Below, one piece after another: positions 1 through 13,114 of a stretch of DNA of 64,000 nucleotides. The DNA comes from Xylographa opegraphella (taxonomy: Eukaryota). Every line of letters starts with the position of its first letter. The first letter of the stretch is position 1. The notes below the pieces were generated by a model. It was not told the DNA's origin. It saw nothing but the letters and a program-made list of their open reading frames with translations, and did not search any database. The stretch is from contig JALDZX010000015.1 of NCBI GenBank assembly GCA_022813865.1, positions 124,001-188,000 on the forward strand, written 5' to 3'. Position numbers and translations under genes: made by a program.

Positions 1-1611
1 TGAGATTCGGAAGCGTGGGCAAGTCGGATATCTCATCTTCACTTGGCTCATCACTGTTGAGATCGGGAAGTGATGGTTCGGAAGCTGGGACTACACTAAG
101 CCTTCTTCTGCCGGTTGTGTCCCATTCTGGCTCGAGACGGAAACGAGGCGTTGAGAATCCCACCGGCCGGCTGCAGAAGACCCCAAGATCTCTATGCTGT
201 CTTAAACCCGTGATGAGAGGCATTGGTAGAGGTTGTTTCGGAGTGTTATCAAGCGACAGATTCTCAATCGGGACGTTGGGTTGAGAGCTTGACGCCAAAG
301 GCTCATATGTACCACGTCTTCGCAACAACCTCACTCTACGACCCCTTTCAGCCGTGTTGGAGTCGACGAGGCCTGATGATGAAGTGCCGTGAGTCAACAG
401 CTGCTCATCGGTGAAAGGATCTACCAAACAGTCTGACCAGTGCATAGGAGATCTCAAACCATTGGCGACAGGAGTTGACTTCCGAACCACTGAACCATCA
501 CCAGTCAAGGCTTTGATCTTTGGATTACTGAGATTTGCACCCTCAGCAAGTCGTCGATTTAGCCTCCCCAGATTGGCATCATTGTCGTTGAGCCGGTACT
601 TTTCATTTACAGTCCCGGCCAAAGTCGGGCTTTGTGGAGCACATCTATCTTGACTGGATGTGTGCCATTTGAGGTCCTCTTTACTACTAGTGCTGCCGCT
701 GAAACGTTCCGCTATGGCTTTCTTTGCTCGAGCGAACACCTCTCGGCTCTTTCCAAGGCGCGGCTTGAACAAATCTCTTGCTTCCTTGTGCTTGACGGGG
801 GGCTGTACCGTTCGAGGAGTTGGTTCTTTCACATCAACATGTCGAATTAATGAGGCAGCTTTGTCGCCAAGATGCACAGCCTTTGCTGTCACTGGAATTG
901 CATAAGATGCAACCTCTTCATGGCCCAAACATTCTGCTTCGCCAGTGCCTGATGATGACAGGGTATCTGTGTCACCAGATGAGTTACTGATCGAATGGCT
1001 CACGGGAGGGCAAGATTCCGTCTCCGTTTTGTTTTCCGTATCATCAACTACGGTTTCGTTCGCGTTGGTCATCTCTGGTGCCGTACATTCATCATCGCAC
1101 AGACTCTCTGGCCCCTCAAGAAATGCCTGTAAGCTCTGGTGTTTGGGTATTCGAGGCAGAGGTTTGTCAAGTACTTCGGACAGGTTCATTCCCAACGCAT
1201 TTCTTGAGAATTCCGAGGCTAAAGCATCATGGTGAGTGCAAGATTCCTGAGCTATTATGACAGTATCATCGAGCGGTTCTTCCGCCACCTCGTCAATACT
1301 CTGTTCGCCATCCGCATCAGGATGAGCACGGTCTGCCACGTTGGTGTTTGAGTTGATGCTTTCTGAGAATGACTATCAGTAAGTCACCGTATGGTGATAA
1401 GAGTATGTACTTACGCATCCCCTGAGCATGATCTTCAACACTTGTATCTCTTCCATTGCTGACTTGAGTGATTGTCAGTATAGTATCTTGCACGATCACG
1501 AGGAACCTTCTTACTTTGCGGGTTATTCTCGGTCTCTACCAGAGAATGGCTGCTCTGGAACCTTGAAAACACCGAGGCAAGGTTCTTCTTCTTACGTCCG
1601 TAGTTGACCAT
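1..1611 (-). CDS. Hypothetical protein, 5' part (runs off the left edge); at least 3 exons, low-complexity/disordered
   Basis: ATG at 1611 (MVNYGRKKKNL). Two short introns (GTAAGA..CTGAC..AAG and GTAAGT..CTGAT..CAG) join in frame to ...ISNGRDTSVEDHAQGMQSINS... The frame stays open over the stretch I translated (to about position 460). No family recognised. Confidence 0.65.
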
Positions 1612-2809
1612 GATGAGCTCTTGGTCGGAAACCGTTGACAAGAAACGGCTGTGCGGGGGAAACTTGACCGAATGTGGTCGACTGAGAAGGAACGTACGGA
1701 TGGTAGCCGATGAGAGAATGACACCAGAACCTCTTAGCAGCAGGAATTATCCATGACTGTACTGAAGCCACTGGGAGAGGTTCACGTTCGTTGGTGCAGA
1801 AAGAGAGAAGTGGGTGGGGGGCGAGGAGACAGAAAAAGGGTTGCTCTTATCTACAGAGTGGCCTACGCGAATCAGACGACACTAGAAGAAGCGAATAGTA
1901 GTAATTTTACAGGATATTTGATTCTCTGAGCTTCCTATGACCAGTGACTCGACACTTGCTTCCAAGTGTAATTACCGAGTGAGCTCATCGTGAAATGTGA
2001 CCAAAACACCATATCGGAGGACACAATACGGGATCGATACCATGCCCTTGGGCGTGGAAGACGCTTGCAAGAGCAAGACAATACCAGCCAAAGCTGATGC
2101 CTCACGCTTAAGACGATACTTCCCGTCATGTCCGTGCCCAGTGGCATGTCCGTGCGTATTGACAGTCCTATTCTCTAGCAGTTTCCATCCGAATGTGTGG
2201 GACTTAACACCATGGGACACATTATTTCCAGTGGAATCTCTTTATGTGGTCCATTCTCATGCTTTGATTGCTTTACTGCCCTAGTAAGCGTGTTCCCTAG
2301 CGACTACTCCGTACTGATACTCAGTTTTCACTAAGTAGAAGATTCAGGGCTTTAAAGCACATACGGTAGGTAAGGTACCATATGTTAATTAAATCGCGCG
2401 TATACTTTAAATAAGCGTGCGTGTGAATTAGCGACGAACAAGGTTACTCCAGCCAGCGCTAAGGTGCCGATTAGGGCACCACTCGTCATTACCCCTGTCG
2501 AACTGTGCCCAATCGGCAGCGTTCCAAAGTAAATCCAAGTTCGGTGGCGATCATCCAGTACGAGAATCCAGTACGAGATCGAAAGCCTTTTTATATCATC
2601 TAACATAGGCAGTGTAATTGTTTGTTGTCTTGAAGTTTGAGAGTCGTCTTCCCGCCTATCGCTGCGCCTTTACTTGATAGAACCATAGTTCTATCATACG
2701 AATCCAATAACTGCAGACTGGACTGAACGGTCAGAGCAGTAACTTATAGAACCAACACCTATTAAGTCTTCGAGTATTTTAATCGAACTGTCTCCTGGTG
2801 TTTCGGGAA

Positions 2810-4044
<1,235 letters not shown>

Positions 4045-5949
4045 TATCTCAGAGCGTCTGGCTATAACTGACATTTCTAACTTTCGTGCACATGCTCAGG
4101 GATAGTCGTTCTTGCCTCCAAACACAAAGACTCCAGCAGCGTTCAAGCGCAGAGCTCTTTCCTACCTACCCAATTACAATGTAGCAATATTAATCGGCAG
4201 AGGTCCCAATTCCATTTGGACATCACCGTAGTACTCTGTTAATCGATATCTTTCCTATCCTCAGCCTCCGAGCATAGGCATCCCAGCCTCGAACCTACTG
4301 GCAATCCTCGTCACTACTACCTACACACTTCTCCGCCCCCAATCTTAATTCAAAATAGCGTTTTCTCTCTCGTATGCACATCCTCACACAAACCAGTCTC
4401 TGCCCCCAGCTGCTCTCCTCATTCAGTAATCCCCCAATTCCTCAATCACCCCTTTTGTCAAGAACACTCGTGGTGCGCTTTCTACCAATTCTAAGAGAAA
4501 CGTGGTTCCAAGCAAACCAAGTTGAGATCTTTGTCCCTGTTGCACTAGAATATTCGAGGGCAGAAGGAAGCGTTCCAGAAAACAGCCATGAATGCCTAAG
4601 TATCTAACGCAGGACACGGTTGGAAGACGCCGAAGCTAAACTTCTCACGATTTATGGTCGTCGCGGAATGTACTACTATGATGTGAGTGGTTGCCTACCT
4701 TAGGCAGGCTGTAAAACGTTAGATAGATCAAGATAGGTGGCTGATTTATTACCTTACATAACTAGCTGTACCAGGTGATTTAGCGTGAAGGGACCTCTCG
4801 CTCAATATGCAGCGTTGTGGAATGCCAAGTTCTACTGATCGGAGCGCCCGAAGTTCGATTTGCACCCCCTCATCCTTAGAGCAGCTACGCTGCAATAATT
4901 AACTTCCAAAAATTGATCCGTGCAAAGACGACAGTCTGCGACTTTCATCTTTCTACTAAATATACAACATTGATCATAATTGTCGGTTGTGATCACTAAC
5001 AAGTAATACGTGATGTGCTGATTCTCATTGCCCTGGCATTCAGCTCTAGCCCGACAATAAATGTACAACTGTCTTGCACAGTTCACCTGTTGAGGATATC
5101 CTCGTATAGGCCATAAAGGTAGATAATTTCTTATTCATAAAGTTTATTGGTGCGCGAGAACCGCTTGCATCTGAGACCTGTGCTGCATTATGATTCCGGG
5201 GTTCAAAATGATAGATACCCAATGTTGCACTGTTGGTCAATGCCACTTGTCGTCGCCAGCAAGTGAATTTCGTTATGAGGTGATATTTATTTCCCATGGC
5301 TGCCTAGGAAAAAGTAACACAAGTTTTACGAGAATACTGCAGAGGTGCTATTATCTTCCAGCTTGGCAGTTGTTGAAGTCTCATACCTTGCCTTCGATCG
5401 AGGTTGTGAACCAGTATTTTGTTAACCGTTCAATCCACAAGCAATTCCAAAGTGTGGGCATTGAGTAAGTGTCTTTCTTGACCACTGCTGGCCATGAAAA
5501 TGGCCTTCATAAAAGAGTTAATCATCATGCTAGCGGCCAACAGTTAATATCCAGCCAGCAAAACAGCAAAAAGTTCAGATACCCCGATCGGGGGAGTATC
5601 TTATGAAACAACCTATTCTGTGAAGGGAGGACTGTTTGCAGTGTCGATTAATGCTGACTTATCATTCGATTTATGCTGACTTATGCTGCGGGATTTCGGT
5701 GTCGAATATTCGGTCGGAGGGAGGAGGAGGGTGGGAATCGAACCCAGGGGTCTTTGGTGCTCTGGTGAATGTTGGCGAAATTCGAGGTAGGCTAACAGTT
5801 TGAACCAGAACCACCCGGTGTGGCCGCCTTCTGCTAGTGCTGGGAGTGGTTGTCATATTACAATATATATACACCACAACACTCTCCCACGCCTGCTAAT
5901 AAAACGCCTTTTAATATGCTCTTGCAAGCAATGCATGTCTACTTGATGC

Positions 5950-7280
5950 CGCACTCGTTCAGAAGCTGGATATCAATACCATTCATGTACCATATATCAA
6001 CACCAGCCTTCTCTCATGACCAGTGCGTCTCAATCTTCGACGCTGTCGGCATATATATATCTGCGTCGATCTGACCGGAAACATGACTGACAGTTCATTC
6101 TATTTTGAGGCAATTAATCTATCCTCCGTCTATACTTTCGAATTGGTACAAAATATGTACACAGTCATCGATGCTTGCATAGACTATGAGAATGTTCTGG
6201 GCTTCTGGGTGGGCGATGAAATCTTTGGTTATGATCAAATGTTTGAAGAGACGCCTGGGTACCTACGTGTATGTGTGTTTATTTCCTCCCCTCGATCTTA
6301 GTGGAGCTTGTTTTTCTGCTACAATACAACTAGACTTTGCGGTCATACCCTTGTACTTCAGTATCATCCTTTATATCTAGTCTTCATGAGTATGAGCATT
6401 TGCTGACTGCATTTTGTATCCCAGGCTCTTGTTCGGGACTTCCACTGGTATCCGAGTGATATGACCAAACTTGGGACGAACGGTACCTTCGACCAGCAGT
6501 GGAGCGCCTCTGGTTGGGAAGCCTACGTGTTCGACTTTAAAACCACCACCGTACCAGTTCTATCCTCGCTGTATGGCCGTACCAATCAATACACTCCCGA
6601 AGAGAAGGTCGTGACTTTCATGACGCATCAGCTCTGTTCAAGCCGGCCTACATGGCAACAACACTGTTCAGGAGGCATTCTCCATCAGTGAACGCTACTC
6701 ACCCCCGACGACGCAGCATCCGCACTGATATACCTTGACTCGGACGGTACCGCCCGAGCTCAAGAAAGACTACGACACCTTCTCCAGTGTCCTCCATCAG
6801 GTCAACCTGCAAGATTTTGAGAGCGGGCTCGCCGCCAAATAATAGCCACTCCTCTTCCGGCCATACTGCCTTGCTCGCCCACTCACCCCAGCCAGGCCGC
6901 GAGCGCATCATTCGACAATGATTGGGACCTGCCCACAGCGACTCCCAGTGTGCAGGACGTCATCCTGTATGGGCACAACGGATCGAACAGGCCGCCTATG
7001 GTTGCCCGTCACGCCCACAGATGTTACAAACACTGTCCAAAGCCGGCCAGTGGAAGCACTATTATCACCAGCCTTAGCATAACGACCAACGCTCCCATGG
7101 CACCGCAATCCTTCCATCCATCGTCGAGTGTATCATCAATACTCCCACCACAGACAACAAATCCCAACAGCGCCTGGAAACTCGAAGTCGGCATCGGGAT
7201 CACCATCCGTGCTTTCTCCTCGGTACCGTCCTCGCCGTCCTGGCTTGTCTGCGCTCACGACGGGCGTGGGTGTAGATTAT
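5950..7280 (+). pseudogene. Degenerate GH72 beta-1,3-glucanosyltransferase (Gas/Gel family)
   Basis: Fragments in different frames: HDQCVSIFDAVGIY(ICVDL), YENVLGFWVGDEI (cf. GFFxGNEV), SGWEAYVFDF..VPVLSSLYG (cf. PxFxSEYGC), SGGILHQ*, then an S/T-rich tail. Frameshifts and stops present. Boundaries approximate. Confidence 0.75.
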
Positions 7281-7786
7281 AGTGCTCTGCGAAGGACAAC
7301 GTTCGAGGATTGAGCGGTCGCGCGAGTGGGCGTGTATGACCTATGCGGGACGGCTGGAGTTGAGCGGTCGGCATCGTTTCGCACGAAGTCGATTGTCCGA
7401 TGGCGTTTTTATGGAGCTCAGGGCTGAGGAGGTGGGGCGGGGGGTTTGTTGAGAGGGAGGTTGATCTGTATAAGGTACCTAGTTGGAGATTACGATAGTG
7501 TGATGATGCAGTATGGAGACTTCGTTTTAAGAGTATTCTCTTGTAGATGGGGAGTTTGGCTATTGCTTATTGGGCCTGAACACGTAGGCACCACCGATAT
7601 CATAGGAACTGGATTGCCATCGATCTATTTCCTGGCCTCGTACACGGAGGGCTAAGAGATATGTCCACTTTCCCCCCACTCCACTCCACTCCACCCCCAT
7701 CCTCGCCTCCCATCCTCCCTCCCCGTCCCCAAACCAACGCCCCAACCACAAATCCCACTTCCCACCCCCCCCTTCACCCATTACCC

Positions 7787-7792
7787 NNNNNN
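7787..7792. other. Assembly gap (6 N) inside a poly-C tract
   Basis: nnnnnn flanked by C homopolymers. Confidence 1.
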
Positions 7793-7859
7793 CCCCCCCC
7801 CCCCATTCGGATCCAAAAACTACCCACGAACCAGACCCCCATCCCCACCAGCCAACCCC

Positions 7860-8890
7860 ACAAAAAAGCACGCAACCTCACTCAGCTAGCTCAGCGCCTC
7901 CCCACCGGACCGCCAAACAGCGTCTGCCGCATCGTCGTCCACATGGTCGCGGGGCACGAGCGGCGGCCACACACACGGGACCGGGACAGACGCGACCGCC
8001 CTTACCGAGCAGCTGGTTCGAGCGCGCGTGAAAGGCGAGGATGACGCCTTTTGGTGGCGCTGTAGTGGAGCAGGTCCACGGGCGGCGGGTGGAGGCCTTG
8101 TTGACGCTCGTGTCGTCGCCGGCGTGTAGGTGCGGGAGCGCGTGGTTGGCGAGGTGGGAGGAGGGGTGGATGGTGGGTGGTCGCGAGGGTGTGGAGCCGT
8201 TGGTCTCTTGTTGTTGGGGAAGGGGGTGGATGTTAGCTTGGAGATTTCGGGGGGGATGGGAGGCCCGCCGGTAGCGGCTGTGCTGACTTACTCGGGAATG
8301 TCGGCGATGTGTCCTTCCGCACCATCTAGTACGCGGCGTTGGTGACGAGGATGTTGAGCCCCCCCCCGCCCCAATCGCCACGACGGCGGCGTCCACGCCC
8401 GTCGTGCAGTTCTGCCGGGCCGTGAGGTCCGTTCGAGTGGGAGGTGGCATTTCCGGCCATACTGCTGCACCAGCCTCTTCGTCTCTCGTGCGTCCGTTTC
8501 CTCGTTGGCGAGGTAGGCGATGAAAGCAGTCGGCGCCCTCCATGGCGAACAGGACGGCGACGGCCGAGTCCCCCCGCCCGTGATGATCGCTTTTCTTGCC
8601 CTCGAGTCTCCCGGGCCGGCTTGGATTTCTAAAAGCCGCCGTCCCTCGGTCGGGATCGCTTTCGCTGATGGGGCGGTGGGCCTTGCATCGCATTCTGCAG
8701 CCCCAGATGGGGACTGGTGGGGAAACCGGGATCTGGGGAATCAATCCTGCGAATGATTGTTTTCGGCCGGTGGGTGGAGGGAGAGATGGTGGGTGGGAGG
8801 AGGAGCGGATATGCATCTGACTCGAATTGCGAGCCGGAACTGGTGCTGGAATCGGTGGCTGACTTGAACTGCGTCCTTGGCAGCCTCCAT
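7860..8890 (-). pseudogene. Frameshifted classical short-chain dehydrogenase/reductase (YhdF/YghA-like general-stress SDR)
   Basis: Across frames: GRLEGKK(A)IITGGDSAVAVLFAMEGAD, TKRLVQQYGRKCHL, TDLTARQNC, NILV, KGVILAF..SNQLLGKG..VCPGPV, and a C-terminal piece resembling QPSEVA. The GIGR part of the Rossmann motif is missing and there are several frameshifts. Confidence 0.75.
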
Positions 8891-10692
8891 ATTGGCTGAA
8901 GGATTGGGATTTGGGGGGAATGGTATGATAGTCTGGATTTGCAGTTTTCAAAAGGTCAATGAACAGCAATGCGATGGAGATCACACAGTGGAGAATTGGG
9001 CAAATATTCGGCTGATAGCACCAGAAGTAGGATTCGGTCAGAATGACATATCGCGAGGTATGAGACCATAGCCAATAATGGCACATCACGATCAGCGGCC
9101 TGATAACGAAAGCTCGGGTAGCTTGTAGAACATTTGCATGACGGTTCTCGCATTCACCGAGAACGGATCAGGTCCAGACAATCCAATATTCTTGCGAGAG
9201 TAGGTATACCAAGGTACAATGAAATATAGTCTCCTTATTCCTAATTTAAAAAAAAAAAACAACCCATGAAAAACCCAGCGTACCACTCCACCCAACCAAC
9301 GAATTCCCAAATAAAAGCCACCAGCTCGCAAACACGAACGACAATCACCAGACGACATCACAAGGCCAAACACAGTATACACGGTATTCCCCCAAAAATA
9401 TCCACTCCAAACCACACAAAAGTTGTCGTGAAAGCATTTATGGCTTGGCATTTCCCTTAGCGGCCCGTCCCGTAGGACCACAATGCAATGATCTTCCAAA
9501 AAAACAGCATGTTGCTCGAACGACAATGGGGTGTGTTGCGATTATCCAATATCCAATCCACAGACGATGCTAAAGGCCGCCTTCTTCTTCTCCGACCACC
9601 ATCACCCACGCAGTCAAGCCGTTTATCGCTCGTTAAGGCCCTACTTCTCTTCTGTCCCCAGCCTCGCCCCCCCCCTCTCCCCTCCAACGATACTCTTCCG
9701 CCCCCCTGTCCATCGCAGATGGGGAAAACGCAGTGCGCGAGAGGGGCGGTTCGGACCCGGAGAAGGGCGGGCCCATGAGAGGGAGGTCGAGGGTTTCGAT
9801 TGAGGAAAGGAGGGAGAGAAGGAGAGAAATGGGGAAGCAGGGTGGGAGAGATGGATGGGAGGGGAGGACGGGACGGAGGGGGCGTTTGCTGAAGCGTGAA
9901 AGGGCATGTTATCCACGTGTGGAACAAGGCAGCAAAAGCGCCGTCCTTGAATCATAGTTCTCTCGCCATCAAACCTCATCAAAGCACAGAGCACGGCAGC
10001 AGCAAGAAAGCACAAGCGATATGCACACTGTCGTTACGTGAGTGATATGTCTATATTCTCAATCTCATCCTCGTGATCCACACAGCCAGTTTCTCGCTCC
10101 AGCGCTTTCATCATGGGATTCGGTGATCCACAATCCCCACTGTTAAGCAAGGGACAGCGTCCCACCCCCTCCGTCACTCGTTCATTCCACTCGCCAGAAA
10201 TGCAGCAGCACGCCCTCCGTCTCCCCGGTAAACTTTTCCGCTCCGACCGTGGAAAACAAGAACAAGCAAATCGAACAGAGTGGACCAAAATTACCGGTCT
10301 CAAAATGCCAGATGCAAGAGGAAAAAAACAGAGGTGGGAAATGAAGCAAGCAAGGCAAGCTCAACAAGTCTAGAAAAAGATCCGCCAACGCCGATGCATC
10401 ATGCAAAGTCGCTCGAAGTACAACAAAGAAGTCAAAACTGTGCACACAAGAACAGCACCAATTCTCTGCGTAAGTGTGACGCACTGCAATCAGCCATGGT
10501 AAGTAGCTCGCCTTGAGGCTTCTGCAGGCACGACAGAGAAATCTGTAGCACGGTACGCTACACTCTCAGAATTATTGAAGTGGAGTCCTCATTCTCGTCA
10601 TGTTACAATTCCAAATTTTTCTTTTTCGTTCTTCTCTGTCTCAAGGACTGTAGTATCATGACGGCGGATGCAACTCAAGGTTTGGAACATAG

Positions 10693-13114
10693 TTAGCCAC
10701 GAATAGCCGTCGATTGACAGGTGTCGGAAAAAAAACTGTTCTGCATTGGTTGTCGATAAGGATAAGCAAATGATACTGGCGATGCAGCTCGAGAGCCATA
10801 TGTAGATCCATTTGAAGACGGAGACCTCGAGCGATGTGAACTAGTCACTGCTGGTGGAGATTGAGCCTTCTCAGCAGGGGGTGAAGGAAGAGGCGATGGA
10901 GAGTTCGAGCGTGGTTGTTCCTCCACAGGTTCGACAGTGAGGGGATGATCATCAGCAGGACCATCCGCTTGACCATTCACCGGCTTTGGCAGTTGCGGGG
11001 ACACTTTCGCAGATCCAAACTGCATATTATTAGCGACCTATTTCCTGGGGTTCCGTGGCGCTTCGAGAACCTACGAAGCAATATTTGTCAAGAAGCTCGT
11101 GGTAAGAATGGGATTGCAGTGAAGGTTTTTCTGACGTGAGAGCAGCTGGCTTGAGTGAATCTGATCCGGTGGCTCCACTTGCTGGGACTGCGGCTTTGCT
11201 TCCATTGCTGGAAACTGCACCCTCGTTGCTTCTTCCAACCATCGAGCTCCCATCGGCCACCGAACTATTCAGGAATGGCCGTTGAACGAAGGCTGTTTGC
11301 TTGGTCGATCTTGCCGAAGGAAGCGGAGACTCCTCTTTGGATTGAAGGCCGCTACGGTCGCCGAGAGCGGTGCTTGCGGCTTGAATGGCAGCGGATAACG
11401 AAGCACCAAAGTCATAGCGATTCCCGAATGCCTGGGCGGGAGTGTTGGTCCGCCGTCCGGGAGCATCAGGAAGAAGGTTGGCAGGTTTCTTGAAACGGAT
11501 CGGTGTCTCTCCCAATGCCTTTGCAGCTGGTTGTGGGAACGAACCGAAGTCGTATCGTGACTCGAGGCCATCGTTGAACTCCTCAAACGATGTCGACTTG
11601 GGTCGCGGTCGACCTGCTGAGGGAGACGCCGAGGGCTTGCTGCGTGGCAGTGCGTTCAAGGGACGTGCAGCATTCCCAGCCATCCCTTGTTTGCCGTTCT
11701 GAGGCAGGGCTTTCTTCGCGAAGTCGACCTGATAATTCATGTTCCCATTGCTATCCCAGAATTCTTGCCCGTTGACGTTGTAGCGAACACAGAAGAACAT
11801 CGTTTTGCTTTCCAGATTCGCTTGGTCTTCAAGCTTGATGCTGAAATTGAAGCGATCATGACCGTCGTCCGCTTGCTTGCGCCGCACATCGTTGCTGTAT
11901 TCTGCAACGACTTCGGACGTCGTCTTCCAATAGTCGAGCGTAAAGCGAGCCACGACCAATTTATGAAATGAAAGGTTGGCCACAACGACCGAGCCGATGA
12001 GATGTTTATTGTCCGAGGACAAGAAGACCTTCTCCACCCGAACCGGCATCGTGCTTCGCTCAGGCGTGTCCCGGGGCCAATTCGATAACCGAATCTCCCA
12101 CTCAAATGGCGGCGACAGAGACGGTTGGGTAGTACGAAACGGAAACTCGACTTCGCTCTCGTAGTTTTCGGTCGGCGACGAGCCAGCACTGACGGCAAGC
12201 GGACGATCGACTTGGAGAAAATGCCGGACGTGTTCGAGGTTGGAGTCGAAGTGCACGGCTTTCGAATACGTCGGTGTCCCAGGCATACTTGATGGTCTTC
12301 TCCGAGATGACGAGGGCCGGATCGCAGGGCGCACCAATTCACCGGATTTCTTTCGGAGCATCGGTGGCTTCGATCGCCACTCCTCACAATCTTCTCCGTC
12401 ACTGTCCGAAGCACTCCGGGCGGGTGAGTCGATCGCGGGCGAGGTTGTATCTAGGTAAGCTGAAGATTCCGTCGCCGACCGGGAGTGTGATATCCTTCGA
12501 GCTTCCTTTGAGAGAGGAGGACGAGTCGATGTCTCTTGTTCGGGAACAACGGGTTTGGATGACGGCATAATTAAACCCAGTGTCATCCTCGCTTTCTTTG
12601 TCTCCTCGTCCCTCCGAGTTGGGGAACTTTCTCGATGTTGTTCAATGATCCTGATGGCAGCTTGCAATTCCGCAAGGTTCTCGAGCTCCCGTGTTCTTCC
12701 GGTCTTCACATTCGTTTCTTCATCGCTCGAGTTTTGAGCCGAATCTGGAGGCGACATGGCAGCGCCGGTCGGGATGCCAAGTCCACTAAGCAGTGGTGAA
12801 AACTGACGAGGGTTTCCTGCATTGTCGGTCCTGTTTTCCTGCTTTGGCGTGCGGTATTCTGCATTTATTGGAGTAGCATCCGGAGTCGCAGGTGGGGCAC
12901 TGAAAGCCGTCGGCTTCGTGACACTCGGGCTCCGACGATGTCGGTGAAGGTATGATGTAGACGAGGCAGACCGTGGCAGGCCGGGTCTCGGCGACGTGGT
13001 CAAGGCGGGCGATGCGAGTTGCTGCTGGTTGATGTACGACTGGCTCCGGCTGAGGGCGGGCGTTTCAGGTCTGGACGCAACCGGTGATTGCTGAGCTGGC
13101 GGTGTGTACGGCAT
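10693..13114 (-). CDS. Protein phosphatase 1 glycogen-targeting regulatory subunit (Gac1/Gip2-like, CBM21 domain); exons 13114-11075 and 11019-10693
   Basis: Typical MPYTPP start, RKKSGELVRP, PP1-docking KAVHF (RVxF), CBM21 residues VANLSFHKLVVARFTLDYW and FCVRYNVNGQEFWDSNGNMNY. GTAGGT..GCTAAT..CAG intron after LDKYCF. Confidence 0.9.

Noticed and set aside
4050..5600. Short ORFs downstream of HEM2 and a 12-bp palindrome at 5582-5593
   Set aside because: No recognisable motifs or consistent exon structure; a single short palindrome alone supports no function.
5770..5830. Selenocysteine tRNA (TTCAAA loop on the minus strand)
   Set aside because: Flanking bases do not form an anticodon stem or acceptor stem.
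7878..9089. 403-aa ORF as a real protein
   Set aside because: It passes in and out of the SDR frame and through introns; a by-product of the frameshifted pseudogene.
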